Positions 45,850-53,688 of a stretch of 64,000 bases of DNA are shown piece after piece. The DNA is from a virus. The stretch is from the IMG/VR virus record IMGVR_UViG_3300047160_002226, positions 32,001-96,000 of that record. One strand, 5' to 3'. The notes under the pieces are model-generated. The model did not search any database. It saw only the letters and a list, made by a program, of their open reading frames with translations, and was not told where the DNA came from. The first letter of the stretch is position 1; every line of letters begins with the position of its first letter. Both the position numbers and the translations under genes were made by a program.

Positions 45850-46509
45850 ATGGCTGCAAGCAAAAGATCAACGAAGATAGGTGAGATTCCCGTAGGTGGT
45901 GTCATCGCTTGGATGTCACCGCTGGCGATCACATCTACGACCCCGCCTCCAGGCTGGGAGTTCTGTGACGGTACTGCTGTCACCACGGTAGGCTCGTTTC
46001 TTCTAGGGCAAACGAAGCCATCGCTCATGATAACCACGGGTGGTGGCGCACAGCGCTTCATTCGTGGGCATAACCTCACAAGCGGAACCTATGGCGGCGG
46101 TGCAGCTTTCACGACAGGCGGTTCTGACTCAGCACCAGTGCCAGGACTCTCTGATCCTGGTCACTCCCATGGCGCAGGGCATAGCCACGGCGGTTCAGGT
46201 TCGACAAATAACGACGGTTCTCACTCTCACGGCATGAGCTTCAACACTGGCTTCGTGCAGAATCGCTCAGAGAACAGTGGTCACACGTTCTTCACGAACA
46301 ACTGCACCAACCTTGGTGGCGAAGATCATAACCACTTCGTCAGTGCTAATACGAATGTCGATGGAGCCCACAACCACAGCATCAACGTGAACGTTGCTAC
46401 GTCGAACAGTGGAACGAACACCAATTCGACTGGTATTAGTCTAACTGGCGGCGGTGGCGACAATAGACCATCGTTTGTCCACATGGTCTGGATCGTGAGA
46501 GTACTGTAA
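45850..46509 (+). CDS. tail-collar domain short fibre protein
   Basis: IPVGGVIAW...PPGWEFCDG...FIRG, HxH repeats, DNRP.F....WIVR. Confidence 0.85.
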   Translation: MAASKRSTKIGEIPVGGVIAWMSPLAITSTTPPPGWEFCDGTAVTTVGSFLLGQTKPSLMITTGGGAQRFIRGHNLTSGTYGGGAAFTTGGSDSAPVPGLSDPGHSHGAGHSHGGSGSTNNDGSHSHGMSFNTGFVQNRSENSGHTFFTNNCTNLGGEDHNHFVSANTNVDGAHNHSINVNVATSNSGTNTNSTGISLTGGGGDNRPSFVHMVWIVRVL

Positions 46510-46517
46510 GGTGAATT

Positions 46518-46916
46518 ATGGCTGAGCTACTTTCTCCGCACGGAACCCCTGATATCTGCCCGCTGTGCATGGGACACGCAGGGTTCCTCAACGCATGGGT
46601 TCAGAACGGCTGGGGTCCAGAGGGCGACCAGACCCGTGTCTTTTTGCCTGATGACCTTACGCTCACTGAGGTTCAGGAAGTTGCTGACTACCTTGCAACG
46701 GCTCCCAACGGTCATGTGCCTGGGATGCACTCACCAGAACCTCCGATGACACGGAAGTGGATCTCAAACTACTGGCTTCTCTGGAAGACTTACGCCAACG
46801 CTATACCAGCAGTTCCCGCGTCTGGTACTGACGCCTATCAGGCTCTCAGGACCAGAGCTGGTGAGATGCTGGCTATGGTAGAGGCAATGGCTGAGCACTA
46901 TGGAGGTCTGGGATGA
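46518..46916 (+). CDS. hypothetical protein, possible fibre chaperone
   Basis: 132 aa directly after the fibre gene. Confidence 0.6.
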   Translation: MAELLSPHGTPDICPLCMGHAGFLNAWVQNGWGPEGDQTRVFLPDDLTLTEVQEVADYLATAPNGHVPGMHSPEPPMTRKWISNYWLLWKTYANAIPAVPASGTDAYQALRTRAGEMLAMVEAMAEHYGGLG

Positions 46917-47284
46917 AGACTGTGAAGAAGAGCAAGAAGAAGACCCACGGGCATGACCACGTGGCAGAAGTACCTATTTCTGCTGACGGATTTGCTAAAG
47001 AGCGAGAGATGGTGATTTCTGACATCTTCTCGCCTTCTGTTCTCTTCATTGGATGTGATAGGTGCAAGAAGAACATTCCGATATTCGTCGGCACAGGTCG
47101 TTTCCGTATCAAAGGCGAGTTGTCAGTTATGTGCCTGTCATGCGGAAATATCACGAAGTTGGAAGGAGAATGGGGTCACAACCTGCAGCGAGAGGTTGCT
47201 GTGCGTGAGCATCTGCGCAACGGCATCACTGCAGACGCGGTCTGTAAGATCCGAGACATCCGCACTACGTTCCTGTTCTCATGA
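46913..47284 (+). CDS. zinc-ribbon protein
   Basis: CDRC...CLSC; ATGA coupling. Confidence 0.6.
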   Translation: MKTVKKSKKKTHGHDHVAEVPISADGFAKEREMVISDIFSPSVLFIGCDRCKKNIPIFVGTGRFRIKGELSVMCLSCGNITKLEGEWGHNLQREVAVREHLRNGITADAVCKIRDIRTTFLFS

Positions 47285-47478
47285 CGCAATCGCCTGATGA
47301 CCTTCTCGCGTACGGGGAAGCGGCTAAGTACGTCGAGATATGCCCTGGCAAGCTCGTCAGAATGGTTAACGAGGGCCTTCTGCCTCATCCCGACGAATTT
47401 ATGCGCTTCAAACGTTCTGATCTGGATAAGTTGAGAGAGAAACTACATGCATCGAGAAGGAATACTGGCGTCTCCTGA
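47281..47478 (+). CDS. small HTH DNA-binding protein (excisionase/MerR-like)
   Basis: LL..GEAAKYVEI....L.RMV.EG.LP...RFKRSDLD. Confidence 0.75.
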   Translation: MTQSPDDLLAYGEAAKYVEICPGKLVRMVNEGLLPHPDEFMRFKRSDLDKLREKLHASRRNTGVS

Positions 47479-47782
47479 GCAGGGTCCGCTTGCTCCGTCT
47501 ATCGTTGAAAATCACGTTCGTATCATTCGCGTTGAATATACCGCTACCAAAGCGGCTGTAACGCTTTCCGTTGGTCATATCGACGGCACTCCCAAGTTCA
47601 TCGAGTTCCGCAAGTTTCCAATGGATATCAAGGACGTGCCGCCAGCGACGGATTTCACTACTCTTAACGGCATCTTCGACGTAAAACTCCGTGAGGAGAA
47701 CATACTGACTTTGGCGTTCAACCGAGGTCTAGTCGGCGCCTACACGCCACCTTTCCAAGATCAAACCGTTGCTGGACCATAG
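47447..47782 (+). CDS. hypothetical protein
   Basis: 111 aa ORF in operon context. Confidence 0.6.
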   Translation: MHREGILASPEQGPLAPSIVENHVRIIRVEYTATKAAVTLSVGHIDGTPKFIEFRKFPMDIKDVPPATDFTTLNGIFDVKLREENILTLAFNRGLVGAYTPPFQDQTVAGP

Positions 47783-47790
47783 AGGATCCT

Positions 47791-48147
47791 GTGAGGTTAA
47801 TCGCTGCACTGCTTGTTTTCAGCGTTCTCAGTCTCGTAAGTTGTTCCTACCGCGATAAATATCGCGAGGACAAAGACACCATAGACGCAGTAAGCATCGA
47901 TCTTGCTATGTTGCACTCATACGTTGTCACGGAAATCAGGAACGACCCCAATCTTACTCCGCAGGAGAAAGCTGAGAAGCTCGCACTTTGGATAGAGATG
48001 AGAAAGCGTGTCTATAAGGCTCAGACTGGCGTTCCTGTCATCATATATCATGATGATCAATTCTATGCAGTTTCTCCAGATGGACACGAAACTGAGGTAA
48101 GGTGGTTACTGTGGATTACAGCAATATCCAATCGTGTGGTGGAATGA
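47791..48147 (+). CDS. predicted lipoprotein
   Basis: MRLIAALLVFSVLSLVS-C signal peptide with lipobox. Confidence 0.65.
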   Translation: MRLIAALLVFSVLSLVSCSYRDKYREDKDTIDAVSIDLAMLHSYVVTEIRNDPNLTPQEKAEKLALWIEMRKRVYKAQTGVPVIIYHDDQFYAVSPDGHETEVRWLLWITAISNRVVE

Positions 48148-48506
48148 CGAGGTCTATTATGGAAGTCCATGATGATGAGGAAAAGCCGCCCATCGGCACG
48201 ATTATTCGTCCTGCTGCTGTGAACAAGTTCGATCCCACGACGAAGACAATGGTCTTTTCGTACGAGGATCTCATGGTCACTCCCCATGGTAAGAGCCCGA
48301 AGGGCGATTGGTTCTACCGTGTGAGGCGGGTGAACGGTATTTGGCGTAGCGTTCTCCCTGGAGACCGTGAAGGTGGACTCATCGTCTTCGTTCGCGAGGA
48401 TGCTCCACCAGCCTACGAGATCTTCGAGCAGAAGCAGAAGTTGATGATCAGGGTAGTTAAAATCCTGTCCAACGCTGTCGTCGGGGTACTGCTCGTCGGT
48501 TCATAG
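48144..48506 (+). CDS. hypothetical protein
   Basis: ATGA coupling at 48144 (alternative start 48159). Confidence 0.6.
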   Translation: MTRSIMEVHDDEEKPPIGTIIRPAAVNKFDPTTKTMVFSYEDLMVTPHGKSPKGDWFYRVRRVNGIWRSVLPGDREGGLIVFVREDAPPAYEIFEQKQKLMIRVVKILSNAVVGVLLVGS

Positions 48507-48525
48507 AATCCATGGTAATGTCTCA

Positions 48526-48575
48526 CCCCGAACAAGGAGCCGACACTAGCATGTCGGCTCCTACCATCTTCGGGG
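48526..48575 (+). promoter_or_regulatory. extended hairpin at the structural/replication junction
   Basis: AGGAGCCGACA/TGTCGGCTCCT 11-bp stem inside a CCCCGAA/TTCGGGG 7-bp stem. Confidence 0.55.
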
Positions 48576-48581
48576 AACTGA

Positions 48582-50102
48582 ATGTATCTAGAGATAGTAG
48601 AAGGATACGCCACCTGCGCTGCTTCTGGCGACGTGGAAGGGATCGCTTGGCTAGAGGCTAAGCTGACGATCACTATTGAAGGCGAGACCATCTCCTTCCT
48701 TGACATACATACGAACCGCAGAGGTAACTTCCCCTCTGGGCTCTTGGCCTATCTTCTCAGGCTCGCCGCCAGTGATAAGGTAGCAATCGTCGTCAAGGCA
48801 CTGCCACCACGTCCAATCGAAGAGTGCCCCACGGACGTTCTTCGTGGCGTCTCGTTGCGCAGCTACCAGGTTGTAGCTGTGAAGAAGGCTCTCCACCTTC
48901 GGCGTGGTATCTTCAACATCGCTACGGGAGGCGGCAAGACAGAGACGTTCATCGCTATCGCTGCACTTCTTGAAGACCATTGTGGAGGGAAAGGTCGGCG
49001 CACGTCGCTCACGATCCTGCCCTCGAAGATCAGTGCAAAGCAAACCTATGGGCGTTTCAAGGAGCGAGGACTCACCTCCGTAGGTCTCGTCTCTGGCAGC
49101 AGGCGTGACTTCAAGAAGAAACACGTCGTTGCGAATTACAAGACTCTCGCAGCTCGTCTCAAGGCAGACGATCCTGACGCACGAGATCTTCTCAGGAATG
49201 TATGTGCTGTCTTCTTCGATGAGTGCCATCACCTTGGCACATCGCCGTCGTGGCAAACGATAGCCAAGGCGTGTCAAGCTGAGTTCCGTTTTGGTTTCTC
49301 TGGAACCCCATTCACATCTGGCATCCCGATTGTCCCGTTGGATAGCCTGGACGCCACATTGTCGGACTTCCGCCTCGTCTCCCAGACTGGCGAGGTTATT
49401 ATCTACACCCCGTCGAAGCTGCTACGGGACCACAAAATCCTAGTCGATCCAAAGATTTACGTTCTTCCAGTCTTCTCACCGAACCTCTACTACATGCCGT
49501 TCCCACGCTGGAAGACGATCTACAAGAAAGGAATCACCGAGAACGCGGAGCGTAATCGCGTCGTTATCAACGTCGCCTACAAGCTCTTCAAACGCGGTCA
49601 TCGAGTCTGCATCCTGATAACTGCTATCGACCACGGCATAGCTCTCATGAAGGAGCTTGTGCGTGCTGGCCTCAACGTCGCTTTCTCAAAAGGCAATGGT
49701 GAAGTGCTCACGTGGGACGGCGACAAAATATCTACCACTGACCACGAGGATGCTCAGGAAGAGGCACAAGCTGCGTTCTCGAATGGAGAAATCGACCTTC
49801 TTGTTTGTAGTGTGGTGTATGACGAGTCCGTTGACCTTCCAGCGATGTCTGCACTGGTTCTGGCTAGTGGAATGAAGTCGCCCGTGAGGGCTATCCAACG
49901 CATTGGCCGTTCTATCCGTCGCAGTGAAGGCAAAGAGGAAGCCATCGTCGTGGACTTCCGAGATAAGACCCATTATTTCCTAGACAACCACACCAACAAG
50001 CGGTTGAAGATGTACTCGCTACACGAGTACTCCTACGAGGAGATGCCTTCGGTCGAAGCGTTCTTCTCCTCTCTTCCACCGATTGAGGTAGCAGAGGTTT
50101 AA
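48582..50102 (+). CDS. superfamily 2 DExH helicase (UvsW-like)
   Basis: LRSYQ, ATGGGKT, DECHH, GFSGTP, ESVDLP, IQRIGRSIR. Confidence 0.95.
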   Translation: MYLEIVEGYATCAASGDVEGIAWLEAKLTITIEGETISFLDIHTNRRGNFPSGLLAYLLRLAASDKVAIVVKALPPRPIEECPTDVLRGVSLRSYQVVAVKKALHLRRGIFNIATGGGKTETFIAIAALLEDHCGGKGRRTSLTILPSKISAKQTYGRFKERGLTSVGLVSGSRRDFKKKHVVANYKTLAARLKADDPDARDLLRNVCAVFFDECHHLGTSPSWQTIAKACQAEFRFGFSGTPFTSGIPIVPLDSLDATLSDFRLVSQTGEVIIYTPSKLLRDHKILVDPKIYVLPVFSPNLYYMPFPRWKTIYKKGITENAERNRVVINVAYKLFKRGHRVCILITAIDHGIALMKELVRAGLNVAFSKGNGEVLTWDGDKISTTDHEDAQEEAQAAFSNGEIDLLVCSVVYDESVDLPAMSALVLASGMKSPVRAIQRIGRSIRRSEGKEEAIVVDFRDKTHYFLDNHTNKRLKMYSLHEYSYEEMPSVEAFFSSLPPIEVAEV

Positions 50103-50104
50103 CC

Positions 50105-51544
50105 ATGGACGTGGAAAAGAATTACCACTACGGACCCAACTTCGAGATCGGTGTACTCGCGCTCCTAGCTCAAGATCCAGGGTTCCGCGCCAACTTCGAG
50201 GATGTCATCAAGCCCGCCTATTTCACGTCGGAGCCGATGTCCTCGATATGTCGTTTGATTCTGGATATACATCGAAAAGGAAAGGCAGTTTCCCCTGACG
50301 CACTACAAGCTGAGCTGGTGGACTACTGCTCGCTGTTTAGCGTCGGTGATGCAACACGTAACCACCTGCTCAACCTAGCGCGGCAGGTCTACCAGACGAA
50401 CATCGACTTCCTCGACTACATCCCAGATAGGGCTGTCCACTTCGCTCGTCGCCAGGCTTGCGCTGACGCTTTGACTCGCATGGTCGAGATGATGCAGGAG
50501 GACAAGGATCCCGAATCTCTGCGGAACGTGCTCGATACGGCCTTGCAGGTCGGAGCAGCTCGTGACCTTGGCATCGACATACATGACTCCGTAGCTCGTC
50601 TAGGAGCGCTCCTGGCTGAGTCCTCGATGGACGAGTCACGGAAGATCCCAACTGGCCTTCCGTCACTGGACTCTGCGATGCGCGGTGGTCTAGGCGCAGG
50701 CCAGCTTGGCATGATCCTTGGGCCAACAGGGCGCGGTAAGTCTATCGTCCTCGTCAACCTCGCGGCGTTCGCTCTACGAGCTGGTAAGAAGGTCTGTTAT
50801 GTGACCTTCGAGCTTACAGAGGTCGAAGTCCTTGTCCGTATGCTCCAGAGGCTCACTGGCTGCATCGACACAGATGTCATCAAGCAAACTGACGACTTTA
50901 AGAAGAAGATCGCTGTTATCAACCAGAAGACCCACAAGTTTCTCAAGATCAAGTACTACGCTCCAGGCACAATTACGACAGGCCAGCTCAGAGCCTACGT
51001 TGCACGGCTCAAATCACATGAGAACTGGACTCCTGATCTCCTGATTCTTGACGACGGTGATTCGTTCCGTGTTCCTCTTGCACGAGGCGGCGACTCTAGC
51101 TCAGCCACCTACTACGCCCAAGGCCAGACATACACTGAGATCATTGGAATCATCAACGACTACAAGGCGTGCTGCTGGGCCGCTACGCAGGCAACGCGCG
51201 CCGCCTACGATATGGAAACTGTTACCGTAGGGCACACAGCGGAGAGCTTCAAGAAGGTCCACCGTGCCCAAGCTGCCATCGCCGTGTGCCAGACGAAGCA
51301 GGAAGCGGTAACAGAGATCGCTCGTCTCTATGTGGCGAAGGGTCGCGGCTTCCGCGATGGCTTCTACGTGCCGATCAAGTTCCACAAGAACATCATGTGC
51401 ATAGAGGAACTGCCGCCTCCAAGCCCTGGCGATCAAGCAGGCCCGAAGTTGAATCTCGCTGCCACGCCGCTGACGATTTCGGATATGGAGGCCATGGTAG
51501 GACAGGAACACGAAAAGGATATCGTTGACAGTTCTGCAACCTAA
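50105..51544 (+). CDS. replicative DNA helicase (DnaB/gp41-like)
   Basis: IPTG...LD..M.GGL..G.L, GPTGRGKS, YVTFEL, LLILDD, WAATQ, AES..K. Confidence 0.92.
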   Translation: MDVEKNYHYGPNFEIGVLALLAQDPGFRANFEDVIKPAYFTSEPMSSICRLILDIHRKGKAVSPDALQAELVDYCSLFSVGDATRNHLLNLARQVYQTNIDFLDYIPDRAVHFARRQACADALTRMVEMMQEDKDPESLRNVLDTALQVGAARDLGIDIHDSVARLGALLAESSMDESRKIPTGLPSLDSAMRGGLGAGQLGMILGPTGRGKSIVLVNLAAFALRAGKKVCYVTFELTEVEVLVRMLQRLTGCIDTDVIKQTDDFKKKIAVINQKTHKFLKIKYYAPGTITTGQLRAYVARLKSHENWTPDLLILDDGDSFRVPLARGGDSSSATYYAQGQTYTEIIGIINDYKACCWAATQATRAAYDMETVTVGHTAESFKKVHRAQAAIAVCQTKQEAVTEIARLYVAKGRGFRDGFYVPIKFHKNIMCIEELPPPSPGDQAGPKLNLAATPLTISDMEAMVGQEHEKDIVDSSAT

Positions 51545-51556
51545 TGGGGTGTTTGG

Positions 51557-52537
51557 GTGGTCCACAAACCGCCTGAGTTCTTTGGTGAAGTCCTAGAGTC
51601 CTGCTCTGGTCCTGAGCTGCGGTTCAACTGCCCGTTCTGCGAAACGAAGGGCAAAACCGAAGATACGAAGTACCACCTCTACTTCAACGAGGATTCTGGG
51701 CTCTATTTCTGTCAACGGTGTGAGACAGGTGGTCACATTGACCGCCTCAACAGGATTAGGGGTGGCCTCGAAGAGATTGTTCCTGTCAGGGATCGCGAGG
51801 CTGATCTACAGCGTATCCGCAAGATCCTCATGGGCATCCCCGTGGAGGATCCGTCGAAGAAGCCAATCCTGACAGCTCCTCTGCCAGAAGACTATGTACC
51901 TATCACTCTTCTACCTGACACAGCCGCAGAGGCTTACCTACTCAACAGAGGCATCACGCGGGATCAGATAGTTCAATACAGGCTTGGCTTCGGCACAGGG
52001 GAGAACAGAGGCCGCATCATCTTCCCCGTGTTCGATCCTGCTAACAAGGAACGATGCGTCTTCTGGGTAGCTCGTTCCTACATGAATACGAGCCACAGTA
52101 AGGATTGCAAGTGCTTCGCGTGCCTCGCCAAGTACAAGAACGCCCCCCATGTGCATCGCCGTTACTACCTCTTCGGGCTGGACCAGGTGCAAGGCGATGA
52201 GGTCTGTGTAGCGGAGGGTCCAATCTCTGCGCTTTGCTGTGGCCCAAACTCTGTAGCGACACTAGGGAAACACGTGACAAGCGACCAGATAGAGATGCTT
52301 GCGAAGTTCAAGAAGGTTATCGTAGCTCTCGATGACGACGCTGTAGCTCAGTCCCACAAGCTCATTCAGAGTCTCATGCGCAAGGGCGTTGAGGTCTACT
52401 TCATTCCGTTTCCGAAGGGCCAGGACCCAGGCGATCTCGGTCAAGCCAAAATGGCTGAACTTCGTAAGAATGCCGTCCGAATTGATAGGTTCACACATCC
52501 AGCGGTGCTCATGTGGAAACAACAGTTGAGAAAGTAG
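51557..52537 (+). CDS. DNA primase (Zn finger plus TOPRIM)
   Basis: CPFC...H...CQRC, YL..RGI, RIIFP, KYKN, AEGP, ALDDD, DPG. Confidence 0.92.
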   Translation: MVHKPPEFFGEVLESCSGPELRFNCPFCETKGKTEDTKYHLYFNEDSGLYFCQRCETGGHIDRLNRIRGGLEEIVPVRDREADLQRIRKILMGIPVEDPSKKPILTAPLPEDYVPITLLPDTAAEAYLLNRGITRDQIVQYRLGFGTGENRGRIIFPVFDPANKERCVFWVARSYMNTSHSKDCKCFACLAKYKNAPHVHRRYYLFGLDQVQGDEVCVAEGPISALCCGPNSVATLGKHVTSDQIEMLAKFKKVIVALDDDAVAQSHKLIQSLMRKGVEVYFIPFPKGQDPGDLGQAKMAELRKNAVRIDRFTHPAVLMWKQQLRK

Positions 52538-52743
52538 TTGATCGACTTATCGAGATTGGTGTCCTCCTGCCAGAGCTGCGGGAGTATACAATCCGTCGTC
52601 TCGACTACGAGATGAAGCGTCATGCCAACAGACTAGCCCGTGCTCTAGCTGAGGGAAAGGTGAGGAAACATGAACGACGAGGACGACGAGATCGAGAACA
52701 ACCCCCTGATTTGCGTGATCGGCTTCCCGAAATCCAAGGCTGA
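52513..52743 (+). CDS. small hypothetical protein
   Basis: Fills the gap between primase and the next gene; 3' end overlaps the next ORF. Confidence 0.4.
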   Translation: METTVEKVVDRLIEIGVLLPELREYTIRRLDYEMKRHANRLARALAEGKVRKHERRGRRDREQPPDLRDRLPEIQG

Positions 52744-53173
52744 CAAGCTGGCAGACAGGATTAGAAAGGCTGGCTTTGCTTGTCATGACGGTGTTGAGCA
52801 ACTCGACGCAACCGAAGTGATAGATCATCCGCTTGCCTGTCACTGCGATGCGTGGGAGAAGATCCTCGATCCACTCGAAGAGAGTGACGTGATCGTTGCT
52901 TACTACGATGAGCATGAGCCAAATACGGTCGAGACGGCGCTCCTTCTTGGTTTGACCTACTCAAATGGCAAGGTTTGTATCCTCTACACAGAGAAGCCAC
53001 TTGAGCGGGCTTTCTTCACCTTGGCAGCTATCGTTGCTGCCCATGCTGTTGGTGAGAAGGATCTCCTCGCAGTGCTGAATCGTCTGCGCGGGGTCGATCT
53101 AGACGAACCGTCGAAGAAAACAGCGGAGGCGGTAGCCCTTCTTGCGGGGCTCCATCGCATCAAGACTTCATGA
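52670..53173 (+). CDS. nucleoside 2'-deoxyribosyltransferase-like fold protein, apparently degenerate
   Basis: SDVIVAYYD...NTVETALLLGLTYSNGKVCILY compared with the NDT consensus D.vva..d...GTa.ElG.A.a.GKpv. Confidence 0.5.
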   Translation: MNDEDDEIENNPLICVIGFPKSKADKLADRIRKAGFACHDGVEQLDATEVIDHPLACHCDAWEKILDPLEESDVIVAYYDEHEPNTVETALLLGLTYSNGKVCILYTEKPLERAFFTLAAIVAAHAVGEKDLLAVLNRLRGVDLDEPSKKTAEAVALLAGLHRIKTS

Positions 53174-53685
53174 GTAGTTGCCAGGACGAGCTTTTCCGTA
53201 GTTCATGCGCCCACTGTGGGGTGGACGCCCGCTATCTATTTTGTTCAGTGTGCCAGTCGGTAGCAGAGCGGCTTGTCCTCAATGCTCACGGCGATATCAA
53301 CCAGGGTACTTCACTTGAAGATGTAAAGGTCAAGCTCGGTTCGTGGTGGCATGAGCTTCCTTCTGTCAACCGTGAGCAACTGGAGAGGCATGTGGCTGAC
53401 TATTCACGAGCAAAGCAGGAATACGACCGACTTTGCCGAGAGGAAGAAGAAAAGCTCCCGAAGAACGAAAGGCAGCGTAGAGTGGGCGAATTCGATGACG
53501 GGTTTGAAGGGACTGACGAACGGTCTGAGAAGGTCTACCCGACCCTCTTGAAGCTCAACCCGAAGACTGATCTCTATGCCCGCAGGGCAATTCGCCGTTA
53601 CGCGAAGGATATCTCTCCGCTTATGCCAGATCGAGCGAAGGAACTGCTGGACTGGATGGACCATATCGACAAGACCGAAGAGTAG
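53170..53685 (+). CDS. hypothetical protein with N-terminal CxxC-CxxC
   Basis: CAHC...CSVC. Confidence 0.6.
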   Translation: MSSCQDELFRSSCAHCGVDARYLFCSVCQSVAERLVLNAHGDINQGTSLEDVKVKLGSWWHELPSVNREQLERHVADYSRAKQEYDRLCREEEEKLPKNERQRRVGEFDDGFEGTDERSEKVYPTLLKLNPKTDLYARRAIRRYAKDISPLMPDRAKELLDWMDHIDKTEE

Positions 53686-53688
53686 AAC

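Noticed and set aside
42644-46509. Diversity-generating retroelement or invertible fibre cassette
   Set aside because: No reverse transcriptase, invertase or near-identical nucleotide repeats were seen; similarity is at the protein level only.
47281-47478. Excisionase implying a temperate lifestyle
   Set aside because: No integrase, att site or repressor cassette in the window; such small HTH genes also occur in lytic phages.
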